DNA from: Escherichia phage MLF4
Sequence record: NC_055780.1
DNA: 64,000 nucleotides
Direction: 5' to 3' (one strand)
This document shows, in pieces, positions 1-15,192 of the stretch. The notes under the pieces are model-generated. The model was not told where the DNA came from. It made no database searches and worked only from the letters and a program-made list of their open reading frames with translations. Within the stretch, counting starts at the first letter, position 1. Each line of letters starts with the position of its first letter. The translations under genes were made by a program, and so were the position numbers.

Positions 1-927
<927 letters not shown>

Positions 928-968
928 GATTTCTCCTAATCTGGGCTTTAATTAGTTTATAATATTTA

Positions 969-2670
<1,702 letters not shown>

Positions 2671-2674
2671 TTAA

Positions 2675-2698
2675 AATCCTTTAGGGCCTTGCGGCCCC
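2675..2698 (-). terminator. possible hairpin terminator after wac
   Basis: GGGGCCGCAAGGCCC hairpin on minus strand followed by ATTTT; weak U-tract. Confidence 0.35.
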
Positions 2699-2701
2699 AT
2701 G

Positions 2702-4159
2702 TTATGCTGGTGATAAAAAGGTAGAAAGCAATACCCATTCGCCGTCTTTACGAACGTAAGCTTGACCATCTTTTGGAGCTTCAGGAATATAACCAGCTTC
2801 TTGTAAAGTCTGGACATCCCTCTGTAATGAGGACACATTACCTTTAATACTACGAATCTCTTGATTAATTGAAGAAATGTTAGTCTCATTAGCTTTTATT
2901 GAATTAGTCAATCCGCGTTCTTCGACAGTTGAACCATTCGGATTTGTTCCATTTACTAATTTATTTAGTGTTACAACTTGCCCTTTAATTCCGGAATTGT
3001 TATTACCAATTTCAACCTGTAAGTTTTGAACATCATTGTTAAGTCTATTAACAGAGGTTTCAACTGTTGAAACTCTATTTAAAAGAGACCCCGGAGGAGA
3101 AGGTTGACCTCCGCTAGAATCAGTTCCAACTATCTGATTTAGCCATGAAACGTTAGCTCTTAAACCGGACGAGGTGTTTTCACCTACAATTCCATTTAAA
3201 GATTCAATAGAAGTGGTATTATCTTTAATTTGACCTTTAATACTAGAAGGAATATCATCTGAACCAATCGATGTTTCAATAACAGTTAATCGCTGTTTAA
3301 CGCCGCCACTTTTATTTAGTTCATCATTTAAAGCTGAAATTTCTTGACTATTGACATTGACATCTGTGATTATTGAAGTATTTCCTGGATATCCAATAGA
3401 AGTTTTGATAGATTTAATTTCGGAACTAAGATTAATCTGCGATTGATCTAAATTATGCATACGTGAATATATGCTTTCACTAAATGAAGATGGTCTTTGT
3501 CCAAGTTCTTGTCTAAGATTTCCAACTTCAATTGTCAGTGAACCTACATCAGATTCAATAAATTTTTCTTCCAAATCACTTAGACGTATTCCTTGGGAAG
3601 TTATAGCATCTGTATTATTAATGATACGGTGCTTCATACCCGTGCTGCTATTTCCTACAACAGGAAGACCATTAATATCTTGTCCAGCATATTGCCCTAA
3701 TTCTCTTTTAATCCATAACAAATCATTTCGAACTGTTCTATAAACTGAATTTGCGTGTTCATTAAATGGACCTATATCAGAAAGAATGCGGTCAACAGTG
3801 GCATTTGTACCATTTAATATATCAGTGTGTTCATTCGTAAGCGTCTTTAAATTTGATATGTCATTTTTATTAACGCTAATCTGTGATAGTGCTTCGATAT
3901 CTCCAGATACATCCAAAATGCCTTGAATTGTTTTAATATCTTCCTGTGATGTTTCAACGGCAGTTTTAAGAATTCCTATATTTTCATCAAGAACCTCAAC
4001 ATTTTTAAATACGGACACAGTTGGTCTATTCATTGATCCATCGTTTCCATACTTAGTACTAGCTCCTAGTATTTCTTCACCATTTTTAATCCATGAAATA
4101 CGCTCCTGACCTTCGTCAGGAACGCTATCAACAAAAGGTAAATCTTTTAATTCAATCAT
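2702..4159 (-). CDS. wac: fibritin (whisker antigen control), 485 aa
   Basis: C-terminal foldon [30 protein letters not shown]; N-terminus [27 protein letters not shown] and long coiled-coil heptad body as in T4 fibritin. Confidence 0.95.
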   Translation of the reverse strand: MIELKDLPFVDSVPDEGQERISWIKNGEEILGASTKYGNDGSMNRPTVSVFKNVEVLDENIGILKTAVETSQEDIKTIQGILDVSGDIEALSQISVNKNDISNLKTLTNEHTDILNGTNATVDRILSDIGPFNEHANSVYRTVRNDLLWIKRELGQYAGQDINGLPVVGNSSTGMKHRIINNTDAITSQGIRLSDLEEKFIESDVGSLTIEVGNLRQELGQRPSSFSESIYSRMHNLDQSQINLSSEIKSIKTSIGYPGNTSIITDVNVNSQEISALNDELNKSGGVKQRLTVIETSIGSDDIPSSIKGQIKDNTTSIESLNGIVGENTSSGLRANVSWLNQIVGTDSSGGQPSPPGSLLNRVSTVETSVNRLNNDVQNLQVEIGNNNSGIKGQVVTLNKLVNGTNPNGSTVEERGLTNSIKANETNISSINQEIRSIKGNVSSLQRDVQTLQEAGYIPEAPKDGQAYVRKDGEWVLLSTFLSPA

Positions 4160-4168
4160 TTGTAATCC

Positions 4169-5719
4169 TTAGTAATGAATTTTAATAATATAGTTTAATG
4201 ATATATTCCATGGTCTAGTTTCATAACCAATTAATCCTTCACGATTAAGTGTACCAAGGGCATCTCTCGGTCCACCTAATTCAAATCCATCATTAGTGAA
4301 GTATGAAGCATTATCCCAGTCGGCATATTTTCTAGTTCCAAGATATCCTTGATAAACGGACGCGCCAAATGGAGCTTCATGTCTTTGATATTCTCCCCAA
4401 CCACCAGCATGTTTATGGTATGACATCTGTTGTGCTTGAACACCGCCAACATGCATTCCGTCACATCCTACACCAAGTCTATCCTTCCCATAGCCATCTT
4501 GTCCTCGTTGATTTAAAATATGACCGCCCGTGCCAGCTCCTCTGACGAAAAGACCTCGCATATCAGGAATACCAGGGTTATTCCAATCACCACCAAATCT
4601 TGTTCCAACCGTGTTTCTATAATCAGGATATTGATCTCCTGACACGGTTCCGCCGTGGCACATAATCCAACCTGGAGGTGCTGAATCACCCGCAAACATC
4701 ATAATAGTTCCAACCGGAACCCGTTCGGACGCATATCTTTCAGTGGCAACAGGCTGATCGCCATTTTTCCACATTCCGCCGCGCGACCAAATTCCATTTG
4801 CCGTGAGATGGTCTAAATTTAAAGAACCATTAATAGTTTGTCCACCACGAGTATTAATTACATCTGCGTTCCAGGCTAATGCCCCAGAGCTATCACCTTC
4901 AGGGGCAATACCGGCTTGCGTCGTTAATTTTACTACCCCACGCATAGAACCGGTAGCTCCTCGACCATTTAGTGTTTCACCTGTTACTGCAACATCTCCC
5001 AAATTACTGTTAATTTCTGATTGTGTTCCTAAACGTATAACACCCTTATATTCTTGTGTTGCAACAGAATTCATAAAGGTATACGGAGAAATTGCATATC
5101 CTTCGCGGAGAGTTCCTTGACGAGTTTGAGCGACAGTTGATAACTGAACTACACCTCTAACAGATTCTGATGCTGTGTCTTCTGAAGGAGCTATTTGCGA
5201 AATTAATTTTATTGCGAGTTTTTGGGTTTTCAACGGAGTCATCGCCGTAGTATCATCTATACCAGCCAAAGCCGCAGGAGTAGATGATATTTTAATAACT
5301 CCATTTGATGATTCAGATGAATACCTATTTTGGAATACATCGTCAGTATGGTATTTCAGTTTTTGCGGCGTTATTGATGAATTATTATCTGAGCCTTCTA
5401 AAGTTTCTTCATTTGTTGAATAGCGCGTTAACCCATATTTAGTTTCAGTAGCATTTGGATACAATAATCTTGTTGCTAATGTAGCTGGTGTAACGATTTT
5501 AGAATTATTAGTTCCATCTAAAACCTCTTGCTCCGATGCAATCATTGCTATTCCTTTAACTTCCATAGTTGCATCAGGAATACCATTTACGCCGATATTA
5601 CTTATTTTTGATAATGCTGACTGCACTGTCGTGACAGTGTCAGGAAAATTCGATCCTGCAGGATCGAATTTAACGTATTTCGATTCATTTGATACGTGCT
5701 GATATGTATTGTTACTCAT
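4169..5719 (-). CDS. 12: short tail fiber gp12 (516 aa)
   Basis: Synteny between gp11 and wac; size close to T4 gp12; Gly/Ser-rich fibrous composition. Confidence 0.85.
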   Translation of the reverse strand: MSNNTYQHVSNESKYVKFDPAGSNFPDTVTTVQSALSKISNIGVNGIPDATMEVKGIAMIASEQEVLDGTNNSKIVTPATLATRLLYPNATETKYGLTRYSTNEETLEGSDNNSSITPQKLKYHTDDVFQNRYSSESSNGVIKISSTPAALAGIDDTTAMTPLKTQKLAIKLISQIAPSEDTASESVRGVVQLSTVAQTRQGTLREGYAISPYTFMNSVATQEYKGVIRLGTQSEINSNLGDVAVTGETLNGRGATGSMRGVVKLTTQAGIAPEGDSSGALAWNADVINTRGGQTINGSLNLDHLTANGIWSRGGMWKNGDQPVATERYASERVPVGTIMMFAGDSAPPGWIMCHGGTVSGDQYPDYRNTVGTRFGGDWNNPGIPDMRGLFVRGAGTGGHILNQRGQDGYGKDRLGVGCDGMHVGGVQAQQMSYHKHAGGWGEYQRHEAPFGASVYQGYLGTRKYADWDNASYFTNDGFELGGPRDALGTLNREGLIGYETRPWNISLNYIIKIHY

Positions 5720-6375
5720 GCTATTCTCTCAAAATAATAAAATACTGTAGGTTGGGTGTGACTATCTAGCGTAACAGTTTGCGCACCTAATAATTGCCAA
5801 GTTCCATACCCAGGTTTAGAAGGAGAAATTATTTCCTGTTTGAAAGTAATTCCTTTATCAGAGTATTGTTCTAAGATATGTTCTTGGTTATCTAAATACT
5901 TAACTTGTATTTTATTTCCTATGGTAGGATGGTCTTCAAATGAATCAATTGCAATAAATTTTGCAACCATTTCCTGTAGAGCTGTTCTAACGGCACTGGT
6001 AAATTCGATTGAAGTCATTCCATTAGTAGCTTTAACAGGAATGCCAAACATATTAACAATAACTGGGTCACCTGGTTTGGCTGAAGTATCAGTAACAGTT
6101 CCTTCAAATGACCAATAGTCTGTTTGCTGCACGCCAGTAGGAGATACGCCACTTATATTAACTAATACAGCTCCAACCTGTTGCTCTGCCATATTTCTAA
6201 CATCATTGATAGCAGATTCTACATTTGGGTCATAAAAACCTTTTGCTATTTGTGAAATTGTTACAGCACCTACTGGCTGATTATTCATAACCGAAATATC
6301 ATTTTTCTTAGTTCTAAAACCAAGAAAATCTGCTAAGCGGGAAATAACTCCCGCTTTATTATTAAGTAAACTCAT
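5716..6375 (-). CDS. 11: baseplate wedge / short-tail-fiber attachment gp11 (219 aa from [10 protein letters not shown])
   Basis: Start trimmed to ATG overlapping gp10 stop (TAATG); [20 protein letters not shown] matches recalled T4 gp11 N-terminus. Confidence 0.85.
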   Translation of the reverse strand: MSLLNNKAGVISRLADFLGFRTKKNDISVMNNQPVGAVTISQIAKGFYDPNVESAINDVRNMAEQQVGAVLVNISGVSPTGVQQTDYWSFEGTVTDTSAKPGDPVIVNMFGIPVKATNGMTSIEFTSAVRTALQEMVAKFIAIDSFEDHPTIGNKIQVKYLDNQEHILEQYSDKGITFKQEIISPSKPGYGTWQLLGAQTVTLDSHTQPTVFYYFERIA

Positions 6376-8180
6376 TATGCAATCCTTATCCAACGGTATA
6401 CAGTAATAGACGGTTGAATATTACTAATATTAGCAGGAGGAGTATGTGAAGAGTTTGTTGTTGCGTAGTCTTCACGATATTTTGTATATATAGGACCAGT
6501 TTCATCTGGGTCATATTGGCAACCTCCAATAATAACTGATCCGTTTTCATCTTCAATTAAAACTTTTTCATCAGTTTTAGTTGCAGGAAGATTTGCGTTC
6601 TCAAGTGTCACTGATGTTGTTCCAACTGTTCCACCGGCAGTATGCGAAGGATTTCCGCTAGAATCTAAATCATTGTTATTTAATGCAAAGTTTGGATCCG
6701 TAACATCATCATTCCATCCTACTAAAACTTGTCCTTTACCAAATAATTTCCATGAACCAAATCCCATATAAGTCACCGGATTATTTGGGTTTATAGCATT
6801 TTCATAAATTGAACCAATGGGATAAATGCTATCGAAAATAGATGATATTGAATTATATGTTCTAGTATAAGAATCAACTTTTTCAACATTTGGCCAACCG
6901 ATTTTATCAAAATCAGTTAAGGCTACATCACCAGTAACTTCAGTAGATGATCCTTTGCTAACATAGCGTTCATCAGTTAATTCAATAATGTCATCTTTTT
7001 CCAAAAGAGTTCCTAAATCATTATTGAACCATGTTATAACGATTATATCACCTGATTCAAATTTTCTATCAAATAAAAGACTGACCGGTTTTCCATCTTC
7101 ATATTCTATAGAATAATCTGTGTTTGATTCTTTCCATTCACCACCAAGAGATATACATCCTTCTTGTGTATCTGAATTAGCGCCTTCACATAAAAACAGA
7201 GGATATCCTGCTGTTCCAGCTTGTTGTTGTAAAATTCCATTAAAACGAACTTCAAGAGAATTAGGATTAATAGGTTCTCCTGGAATTAATCCAAATGCGG
7301 AGAATGGAATTGATTTCATTGTCGATAAATCAGTAACGTAAATACTTCCTTCTAAAGAAGTTTTTGACGTTAATTTTGAATCTAATACTTTTATTTGGCG
7401 TCTTGTATATGAACTTCTCCATTGTGATACACCATCCATAAATGTTTCAATTTGAACAGTGTCACCAATATTACAAGGCTGTCTTAATCTAATATTAAAT
7501 CCATCAAGAGGAACCAATTCTCCTTCATTTTCCCCTGGAGAGCCAAAGTCACTGTTTTCGCTAAAAACATCGCCGTAATACAATTCGTTACCGCGGTGTT
7601 TTACTCTGATGTTATTAACATTATAACTAGTTCCACGGAAAATATCTAAAAAGTCTGTTTGTCCTTGAACTTCGACTAAAAATTCTTTACGAGCTACATT
7701 GCTAATGTCTGAACTAATAATTTTGTCAATTTGTTTATTTTTGACATATTCCCAACGACCCGGAGCGCAATAAACTAGCTCTAAATCACTAAATTGAACG
7801 TTAATTTCAACCGATGACGATGATCCTTTGATAGTATCACCAGAAGCGGCTACTAAAGTAACTGGATTAACATTCCATGTTGCAAATACATCCCTAGCTC
7901 TAATTACTTTATTATAATCATTAACAGTTCCTTTAGGAAGTTGCAGTGTTACTCTTCCAGACGAAGTATTAATAGCGTATGATTTTCCCCATTCAGCTTT
8001 TAATGTTTGCCCAGATGAAGCATTATAAGTTTTCCAGGCACCGGCTGAATATGGAACATTACCATCACCGAGTTCATAATAAAGCTCATCAAAGTTTTCA
8101 TTTATTTTTATACCACCTTTACGCAGGTAGTCACCGGTACCATCATCTACAACATTACCGATATTAATATTTTGTTTCAT
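6375..8180 (-). CDS. 10: baseplate wedge gp10 (601 aa)
   Basis: Length and synteny as T4 gp10. Confidence 0.85.
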   Translation of the reverse strand: MKQNINIGNVVDDGTGDYLRKGGIKINENFDELYYELGDGNVPYSAGAWKTYNASSGQTLKAEWGKSYAINTSSGRVTLQLPKGTVNDYNKVIRARDVFATWNVNPVTLVAASGDTIKGSSSSVEINVQFSDLELVYCAPGRWEYVKNKQIDKIISSDISNVARKEFLVEVQGQTDFLDIFRGTSYNVNNIRVKHRGNELYYGDVFSENSDFGSPGENEGELVPLDGFNIRLRQPCNIGDTVQIETFMDGVSQWRSSYTRRQIKVLDSKLTSKTSLEGSIYVTDLSTMKSIPFSAFGLIPGEPINPNSLEVRFNGILQQQAGTAGYPLFLCEGANSDTQEGCISLGGEWKESNTDYSIEYEDGKPVSLLFDRKFESGDIIVITWFNNDLGTLLEKDDIIELTDERYVSKGSSTEVTGDVALTDFDKIGWPNVEKVDSYTRTYNSISSIFDSIYPIGSIYENAINPNNPVTYMGFGSWKLFGKGQVLVGWNDDVTDPNFALNNNDLDSSGNPSHTAGGTVGTTSVTLENANLPATKTDEKVLIEDENGSVIIGGCQYDPDETGPIYTKYREDYATTNSSHTPPANISNIQPSITVYRWIRIA

Positions 8181-9046
8181 TATTGAGCCACCCCGATTTT
8201 CTGCGTAGCGATAACTTTAACTGCTGCTCTCATGCCGACAGTTGAAGAATTTATAGTCGCCGTTACGTAATTTTCTTTAATACTAAATGCAATATTAGCG
8301 ATTTCGTCTTCTTCTGTTTCATTTCCAACTCGCATGACAGCATACTCAGAAGAAATAACTTCTGAATTAACAGTATCCACAAGAATATTTATTTCTGCTG
8401 TTTTAATTTTTCTTCCATCTACTGATTGGCACGTAACTAGCAATTTAGCCATATTGTATTCAGTGCGATGAAATAGTGGAATGTCAACTGATCCAGATGT
8501 AGAAATATTCCATGTACCTTCAGCAGGTGATTCCTTTTGACCAAACATACTTTCAATAGAATAATTCCAAACCGACGTAGAATTATCAGATGAAATACAA
8601 CGTAAGGTAACTTTACTATATGGACTAGTTACTACTAAATTACCTGAAACGCCTTTAATTGAATCAATAGCTTGAATCGTTAAAGGATTAGTAACTGATA
8701 TTGATCCATTTGAGTTAATAAATTCAACGCAGTCGCCAAGTTCGCCTCTTTCAATGATAACTTTAACACCTACAGTAGAGGTATCAATATCATGCCTAGT
8801 GCCAACTTTTACTGGAGTTGCATACTCTGCAATAGAATGTTTTTGATAATATCCAGTAGCATGGATAATTTGACCATCTGCTCCAGTGCCATTTGCTACT
8901 GCCATTTTACGTTGATCGCCAAACGCGTTATAAATTGCGTTAAAATCACTATTAATTTTATTACCACCGTCGAATAAGATATCACCAGTAGAAGCGTTAC
9001 CAATTTCGCCGGTATCAATCAATTTCTTTGGTTCTTGAATGAACAT
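8180..9046 (-). CDS. 9: baseplate wedge / long-tail-fiber socket gp9 (288 aa)
   Basis: Length and synteny as T4 gp9; preceded by late promoter TATAAATA. Confidence 0.85.
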   Translation of the reverse strand: MFIQEPKKLIDTGEIGNASTGDILFDGGNKINSDFNAIYNAFGDQRKMAVANGTGADGQIIHATGYYQKHSIAEYATPVKVGTRHDIDTSTVGVKVIIERGELGDCVEFINSNGSISVTNPLTIQAIDSIKGVSGNLVVTSPYSKVTLRCISSDNSTSVWNYSIESMFGQKESPAEGTWNISTSGSVDIPLFHRTEYNMAKLLVTCQSVDGRKIKTAEINILVDTVNSEVISSEYAVMRVGNETEEDEIANIAFSIKENYVTATINSSTVGMRAAVKVIATQKIGVAQ

Positions 9047-9070
9047 AGCGGTTTCCTTATGAGTTTATAG

Positions 9071-9078
9071 TATTTATA
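9071..9078 (-). promoter_or_regulatory. T4 late promoter TATAAATA for gene 9
   Basis: Minus-strand TATAAATA 25 nt upstream of gp9 ATG. Confidence 0.6.
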
Positions 9079-9081
9079 AAG

Positions 9082-9104
9082 AAAAAGGGAGCCCATGGGC
9101 TCCC
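9082..9104 (-). terminator. intrinsic terminator after gene 8
   Basis: Perfect palindrome GGGAGCCCATGGGCTCCC followed on minus strand by U-run. Confidence 0.6.
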
Positions 9105-9109
9105 TTAAT

Positions 9110-10114
9110 TTAAAATGTAAACAGAATATTGATTTCTTCTGTCTGATCCATTGCCATAATAATAGGTGGCCTATTTTCCATATAAATCATTTCGCCCGAA
9201 TGCCTCATTAAATCTTCCGGATCATAATAATCCTTTTCAGCTTTAACATTTGGGTCATTTGGATGAGCTTTAGCTTCAAGAGGATTCGTGATTATTGATA
9301 TTTGTCTAAATCCTTTATTTCCTGGCAATGCAGCTTCAGGAAAATAAACTGAATCTAAATATGCTTTAAAACGGATAGTATTTGCCTTAACACGGTAAAT
9401 TAATCCAAAATCATCTTGCTGCCAAGTGAGATTATCTTCATACCCCCATCTAGTCGGGTCTTCTTTTAATTCCTCAGGCCAAGGAACCACGATATATTCA
9501 TTCGTGCATCTATTTATAGATACATCAGGCGGAATCTCAAATAGATATTCCCAAACATATCCGTCCCCAGGTTCAATTGTTCCTTCAGCATCTCCTCGAC
9601 CTTCAGGAGGAGTCATTGACCTAGCAGAAGGAGTCCATTTTCCACCTAACTTAAGGCATTCATCCTTATTAGTTAAAGATGCTATTGAGCACATTCCAGT
9701 ATCAGGAACATCTAAACAGCGATACACTAACCATCCCGCGCCTGATTCAGTAGCGTTGTAAGGAGCTGAGTTACACACTACAATATCGTTAATTCTAAAT
9801 GTGTATGGATCCGGATATCTAGTATCTCCCCAATCTCGACGAGGAATAACTGCATCAAGCATTGATGGAAGAACTTTTACTGTTCCCATCATATGAGTCC
9901 ACATGTCAGTTACACCTAATACAGAATCGGTAGGATAAGGTGGGGCAAAGCCCACCTCATTTTCATTTGATGACCACGGTTCTGATCTTCCAAATGTGAT
10001 AAAGATAGTGTTTTTATCCGGACCACTTCCAATTGAATTATAAAAATTCAACATTTTTTCTGTTCTAAATTTTGAAGTAACTATCGCACGATAGATAACA
10101 CTTGAATCATTCAT
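9110..10114 (-). CDS. 8: baseplate wedge gp8 (334 aa)
   Basis: Length and synteny as T4 gp8. Confidence 0.85.
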   Translation of the reverse strand: MNDSSVIYRAIVTSKFRTEKMLNFYNSIGSGPDKNTIFITFGRSEPWSSNENEVGFAPPYPTDSVLGVTDMWTHMMGTVKVLPSMLDAVIPRRDWGDTRYPDPYTFRINDIVVCNSAPYNATESGAGWLVYRCLDVPDTGMCSIASLTNKDECLKLGGKWTPSARSMTPPEGRGDAEGTIEPGDGYVWEYLFEIPPDVSINRCTNEYIVVPWPEELKEDPTRWGYEDNLTWQQDDFGLIYRVKANTIRFKAYLDSVYFPEAALPGNKGFRQISIITNPLEAKAHPNDPNVKAEKDYYDPEDLMRHSGEMIYMENRPPIIMAMDQTEEINILFTF

Positions 10115-13100
10115 CTATTTTAACCTGTGTTGGATTTTCAGGGTCTCTTGGATTTCCTATATTATCTTTTAGACGTTTATTAACTAAATCTCTAAATTGC
10201 GCAAATGTTGTTCCAGATGCATCAAATAAAGGACTCATTAATTTACGTCGTTCAGACGGCAATTGACCTTGAAATATTGAATTGTTATTTTCAGCATTAT
10301 AGTCATCAGGAAGAGGATATTCTACACCAGCCATTGGGCCAGGCTCATAAATTGCTTCGCCTGTTACCGAATCATGCTCAATTTCACCAGTTGGAGTCAA
10401 TTTAGCTACTCTATCAGCATATTCAGTAGGCAATCCAGAATCCCATTTATAGTTTTTATATTTATTAATTATTGTCTCTGTGTGTTTAAGAGTTAAACCG
10501 ACATTAATAAACATAGTTAAAAGCGTGATTGCTATAAATCCAAATCCTACTGGGTGAACAAAACGAATAACGTCAGATTTCCAGCGGGAAGAAGGTAAAT
10601 TGGATTTAATTTTCATTACATAATATGATCTACTTCTATTAATATAGTCTATATTATTTTGAAGCAAATCTTTTCCTTTAACCCCACGAATAATTTCACC
10701 TTCAAAGCCCGGAAGTCTTTCTGCTTTAACTTCTTGTCCTGCTATTAACCGCCCCAAAAGATTATGTATAGTCACAGTCCATTGCAATTTACCATTAGAA
10801 TAACTTCTTTCTATATAAGTAACATTACATCTTCCAGTTGCAGTATAGATAGTTTGTCCTACTAAATCTTCTGTAAGAGAATCAGATTGAATGATTACAT
10901 CATATTCAGTACCTGCTCCCGATTCAATTTCAATTTCAACTTCTTCATTATAAAGAACTTTAAAAAGAAATTTATATGATGCTTCAATTCCTTTAGTAGA
11001 ATAAAAATCATAACTACGTGATTCAAAGAATCTTGCAACTGCATCGCGTTTGTCAGCATTTAAATAAATGTTTCTTTTATATATTTCTGACCATAAATAT
11101 TCCCACGCATGCTCTTCTCGTGGATATTGGTTACGAATTAAATTTCGTAAATTGTTATACTGAGTTCCATATCCATCAGAAAGATACTGAATATATGCTT
11201 CGCAAAATGCCTCAAAATTAGAATCTTGTAACAAATAAGAATCAGGCATCATTGTGCCAATTAATGGTCTTAAATCAGGGTCAGCTAATCCACGTTCTTC
11301 TTCTGGTGACCAAGGAGTTTCACGCTCTTGGTTTTGTAAAAATGCTTTTAAAAATACTTCAGTCGGCTTCCAAATAATTTCTACTGTATCTCTCACACGA
11401 TAGTTAAAATCATAATAAGAAATTATTTCACCAGAAGATTTATAAAAAAGCATTCCTGATGCGTATTTTTTAAATCCAGTGAATTTAACATTTGTCATTA
11501 CTATAGTGCAATCGCCATCATCCCAGTATTCATGCACTAATCTATCTGGTGACGTTTCTGGAATATTTTCAATAACTTTGGTGTATTTCAAATCTGCATA
11601 AACTACAACAGCTTTATCAGAGTTGTTTATCCAACAGCGCGTGTTAGATTTTTTAGACCAGTTAAAGAATGGTTCTGCATAGTATTTCATCGGCTGAGGC
11701 GTAAAAGTTTCCCAATCAGATTTTTCATCTGCTATAAATGCCATCATATGATAATGTTTATCAGCTAACCATTCGCGAGGAAATTCATATTTAACAGCAC
11801 CGATTAACTGATATTTCGCTGCAGTTTCAAGGTCATTAACAATGTTATCACTTAAAAATTTAAAATTACTCGAAGACAGAGAAACTAATTTACCATCAGT
11901 TGACATATTCGCATATCCAGGTTGAATACGTCTTCTTTCTTCTTCAGTGTTACCAAAAACTCTTTTCCATGTTTTTTCGTCATGATTTAAAACATATATT
12001 CCTTTATCAGCGGAATCAATTATTTTTGATGTTCTAGGATTAGCATTTAATGTTTCAACTTCACCAATAATAAGAGCAAAAACTTTATCACCAATAGAAT
12101 CCATTTTATAGCATACAGCTTTAGGATTTCCAGTTATAGTCATTGTATCAGGTTCAAAAAGTCTTTCCGAGTATGTTGGTGATAACGGGTCAGAATCTAT
12201 AGGTGCATTACTCGTTTTTATATATCTAACTTTATCTCTGGCAACAACATAGATATAATCATCCGTACAAGTAATGGCTTCAGCTATACGATATACATTC
12301 GCTGGTAAAGTCGCATAAGTAGCGAAGATTTCAACATCGAATCCTAAATGAAGTTGGTCTCCTAATTTAGCAAATGTTATATCCTGTGAACTGAATCTGA
12401 CATCATCTGCTGACCATCTAACGTCAGTCGATTTACGGCCATAGAAAATCTTATCGTATCCTAGAACGTATGTTGTGTTTGCAGATTGGTAATATACAGT
12501 CTTAGATAAAGGATATCCTACACGGTCATTGAAGAGCTTTACAGCTTTCCAGGTTTGTCCTTTATCATTGGATACTTTAACTACGGGTTGATAACGCTCA
12601 AAAAGATATAGAATCCCTTCTGATTCCATCAAATAAACTCGGTTAATATCCTTACATACTTGCTGAATAGAACCTTGTATTTCATGATACTCGTTTTCAC
12701 CAATAATAAAATTACTGATTGATGAGACATCAGCATACGATGGGCTGAACTGAAATGATTCATTCATCAACGCAGCCATTATTGTGTCATTATTGAAATT
12801 AACATAATCAGAATTATTAAGAGTAAATTTTTCCTGAATGAATTTATTGGCTAATTGCATTTCAATCATGTTTTGAAATGTATAAGCATTTGTAGCAAAA
12901 GTTTCAAACTCTTCGGTATAAATCCAATCAGACTGCTCAAAATCTTGCGCAGCTGTAGCTACTCTAATAACATATGATGTCAGTGGATCAGCATCATCAA
13001 AAAAGAAACTATTATTTGCTGTATATCCTAAATTAATCCAACGATATTGATTACTCGGGAGATTTTTTCCCGAGTTTGATTTTGTCTCAGCGATTTCTAC

Positions 13101-13205
13101 AAAGTAGTAGAAATTAGCACCAACGTCATCCCAGCGTACTTGCACCTGATTAGCGGATAACTTGGAAATTCTGAGACTAGTGACTGAAGGTGCTTTTACT
13201 GTCAT
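10107..13205 (-). CDS. 7: baseplate wedge gp7 (1032 aa)
   Basis: Length identical to T4 gp7; synteny. Confidence 0.9.
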   Translation of the reverse strand: MTVKAPSVTSLRISKLSANQVQVRWDDVGANFYYFVEIAETKSNSGKNLPSNQYRWINLGYTANNSFFFDDADPLTSYVIRVATAAQDFEQSDWIYTEEFETFATNAYTFQNMIEMQLANKFIQEKFTLNNSDYVNFNNDTIMAALMNESFQFSPSYADVSSISNFIIGENEYHEIQGSIQQVCKDINRVYLMESEGILYLFERYQPVVKVSNDKGQTWKAVKLFNDRVGYPLSKTVYYQSANTTYVLGYDKIFYGRKSTDVRWSADDVRFSSQDITFAKLGDQLHLGFDVEIFATYATLPANVYRIAEAITCTDDYIYVVARDKVRYIKTSNAPIDSDPLSPTYSERLFEPDTMTITGNPKAVCYKMDSIGDKVFALIIGEVETLNANPRTSKIIDSADKGIYVLNHDEKTWKRVFGNTEEERRRIQPGYANMSTDGKLVSLSSSNFKFLSDNIVNDLETAAKYQLIGAVKYEFPREWLADKHYHMMAFIADEKSDWETFTPQPMKYYAEPFFNWSKKSNTRCWINNSDKAVVVYADLKYTKVIENIPETSPDRLVHEYWDDGDCTIVMTNVKFTGFKKYASGMLFYKSSGEIISYYDFNYRVRDTVEIIWKPTEVFLKAFLQNQERETPWSPEEERGLADPDLRPLIGTMMPDSYLLQDSNFEAFCEAYIQYLSDGYGTQYNNLRNLIRNQYPREEHAWEYLWSEIYKRNIYLNADKRDAVARFFESRSYDFYSTKGIEASYKFLFKVLYNEEVEIEIESGAGTEYDVIIQSDSLTEDLVGQTIYTATGRCNVTYIERSYSNGKLQWTVTIHNLLGRLIAGQEVKAERLPGFEGEIIRGVKGKDLLQNNIDYINRSRSYYVMKIKSNLPSSRWKSDVIRFVHPVGFGFIAITLLTMFINVGLTLKHTETIINKYKNYKWDSGLPTEYADRVAKLTPTGEIEHDSVTGEAIYEPGPMAGVEYPLPDDYNAENNNSIFQGQLPSERRKLMSPLFDASGTTFAQFRDLVNKRLKDNIGNPRDPENPTQVKIDE

Positions 13206-15184
13206 TGTGATATAGGCTCCAAATCGATAGTTAAGTATTGTGGACGTAAGTCATTTTCAAATACAATCAGTGAACCATCGCGAGTAAAGATAACATCATC
13301 GGTTGGGTCAGAATATAATTCAATAGTCTGAACTTCAAATTTTTCAGATGTTAAATTAATTTTAGCGATATTCCAATAAATCATGTCAGCTGGATAATTT
13401 ATTTCACCGATAACATAGTATTTGTCGCGTCCATCAGAATTTGCTAATTTGTTAAAATCGTTGCCCGTATACGGCTGAATGTTTTCATTTTCTGCAACAT
13501 CGCCAGAAACAAATGGACCAATAATAACTTTACCAATTCCTTTAGAATCTCGGTCTGTTGATACTATACGAACGTCATATAATACATCTTCTTCTAAACC
13601 AGTATCAGGATTTACAACCTTTCGTCCAGAATTAAATGAAAACGTATTAGATTCCATAGAACGATCTTTTATTTGATTATTGTATTTAATACCTGCTTCA
13701 GGCGTTTTATAGAAGTTTTGTACTTCACGAACAATTTGAATAGTCGCTGATGAACCAATGATAGAATGATCTGCATCATCTACGTAAGTTAACATCTTAG
13801 ACTTGGCAAAAGATGAGTTAAAAATTTCTACATCTTCGGTATAATAGCGATCAATTTTATCAATTATTTGACCTTCAAGCCACTGTTCGGATTCTTGTAG
13901 TTTATTTAAAGCATATGTGACTTTTAAATTAGTCTTAATAAAAAGATAATTAGGAGAAATAATTGACGGTGTAATAGGCGCTAAATTATAGTCTTTGAGA
14001 TAATTTTTAATATCTTCACGTTGCACAGTAGTTAAATATAGTCCTGATTTAGGTTTAGCAGCAATAAATGCATACCCAGGTTTAGTAGAATCAGTGAAAG
14101 TCTGAACAGCTTGAATAATAGAACCAAATCTCTCTGAAACGAATGTATCATAGTCGGTCGCAGTTACGCAGCGTTGCTGGGTTTCGCGTTTAATAGTACC
14201 CAATTCGCGAATACGCTCAATATCTTCTGGATCGCCACCGCCATCGGCCCCAACAAAATCTGGGTCATCATTTGGATTTTCGTTAATATTGATGACAGTT
14301 ATATTTGTTAATGTATCTGCGTATGAAAATCCGACTGCACCATTCGCATCTGCACCGTTAGTACTGATGTACTCAATAACAATAGTAGAGTTCTGGGTAG
14401 GTTTAAGACCTCCAATATAGTTAGCAGTTAGAGCTCCTTCTGCCGCATTAACAGAAATTTCACCTTCGCCAAAATAGAATTCAGTGTTTCCATCAATAGT
14501 TTCACGCATGTAGTAAATTGTTGATGTAGAACCAGCATGAACCATTGACTTTCTTGTCCAGTTAATCCATTCTGCTCCATCAACGTATAGTTTAACTTGG
14601 TTTCTATCTATGTTTTTGTCATAAATGATAATAGGTGTTAATTTATCATAAATGATTTCAGTTCTTACTATACGTCCCTGGGCTAATTTTAATCGTGGAA
14701 AATATTGGTTATTTTTATCACGAATAGCAATAACGTCTTCGGTAGAAACGAAGTTATATGGATTAACAGAAGTATCCTTTGCATATGCTAAAAAGCGAGT
14801 ACCGCGAGGAATAGTAATGTAATTTCTATTCAATGCATCTGTACAAGTTAGCATAATTTCAGTTTGAGCAGCTGATTTTGAAGTAGGTAAATATCCATTA
14901 TCTTGTGCCGCTTGAACTACCGAACTACGTAAGTTAGCAGTACGCATAAAGCTTTCATACACAGCAGCATTACCAAACTGCTGAATGTACAATGTATTAT
15001 AAGCTAAAAGGTCGCACAGAACGTTTAATCTTGAGCCTTCAAAATCATAATCCAAAAATTCATTTTGGCCATTAAGCCATTCAATGAGGTTTTGTTTTAT
15101 TTCAGCAAACGTACCCCCGACGAATATCTCGGGAATAGCATTTGCTGTTCTTGTTAATTGATAATTTACAGGGGTATTTGCCAT
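13202..15184 (-). CDS. 6: baseplate wedge gp6 (660 aa)
   Basis: Length identical to T4 gp6; synteny. Confidence 0.9.
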   Translation of the reverse strand: MANTPVNYQLTRTANAIPEIFVGGTFAEIKQNLIEWLNGQNEFLDYDFEGSRLNVLCDLLAYNTLYIQQFGNAAVYESFMRTANLRSSVVQAAQDNGYLPTSKSAAQTEIMLTCTDALNRNYITIPRGTRFLAYAKDTSVNPYNFVSTEDVIAIRDKNNQYFPRLKLAQGRIVRTEIIYDKLTPIIIYDKNIDRNQVKLYVDGAEWINWTRKSMVHAGSTSTIYYMRETIDGNTEFYFGEGEISVNAAEGALTANYIGGLKPTQNSTIVIEYISTNGADANGAVGFSYADTLTNITVININENPNDDPDFVGADGGGDPEDIERIRELGTIKRETQQRCVTATDYDTFVSERFGSIIQAVQTFTDSTKPGYAFIAAKPKSGLYLTTVQREDIKNYLKDYNLAPITPSIISPNYLFIKTNLKVTYALNKLQESEQWLEGQIIDKIDRYYTEDVEIFNSSFAKSKMLTYVDDADHSIIGSSATIQIVREVQNFYKTPEAGIKYNNQIKDRSMESNTFSFNSGRKVVNPDTGLEEDVLYDVRIVSTDRDSKGIGKVIIGPFVSGDVAENENIQPYTGNDFNKLANSDGRDKYYVIGEINYPADMIYWNIAKINLTSEKFEVQTIELYSDPTDDVIFTRDGSLIVFENDLRPQYLTIDLEPISQ

Positions 15185-15192
15185 TTTAAATC

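Noticed and set aside
2671-2889. 72-aa minus-strand ORF overlapping the 3' end of wac
   Set aside because: Out of frame with fibritin, whose C-terminal foldon fixes the real frame; the ORF would start inside the wac-13 intergenic hairpin.
3471-3743. 90-aa plus-strand ORF inside wac
   Set aside because: Antisense to the fibritin coding sequence, which is strongly supported by the foldon; no promoter or RBS context.
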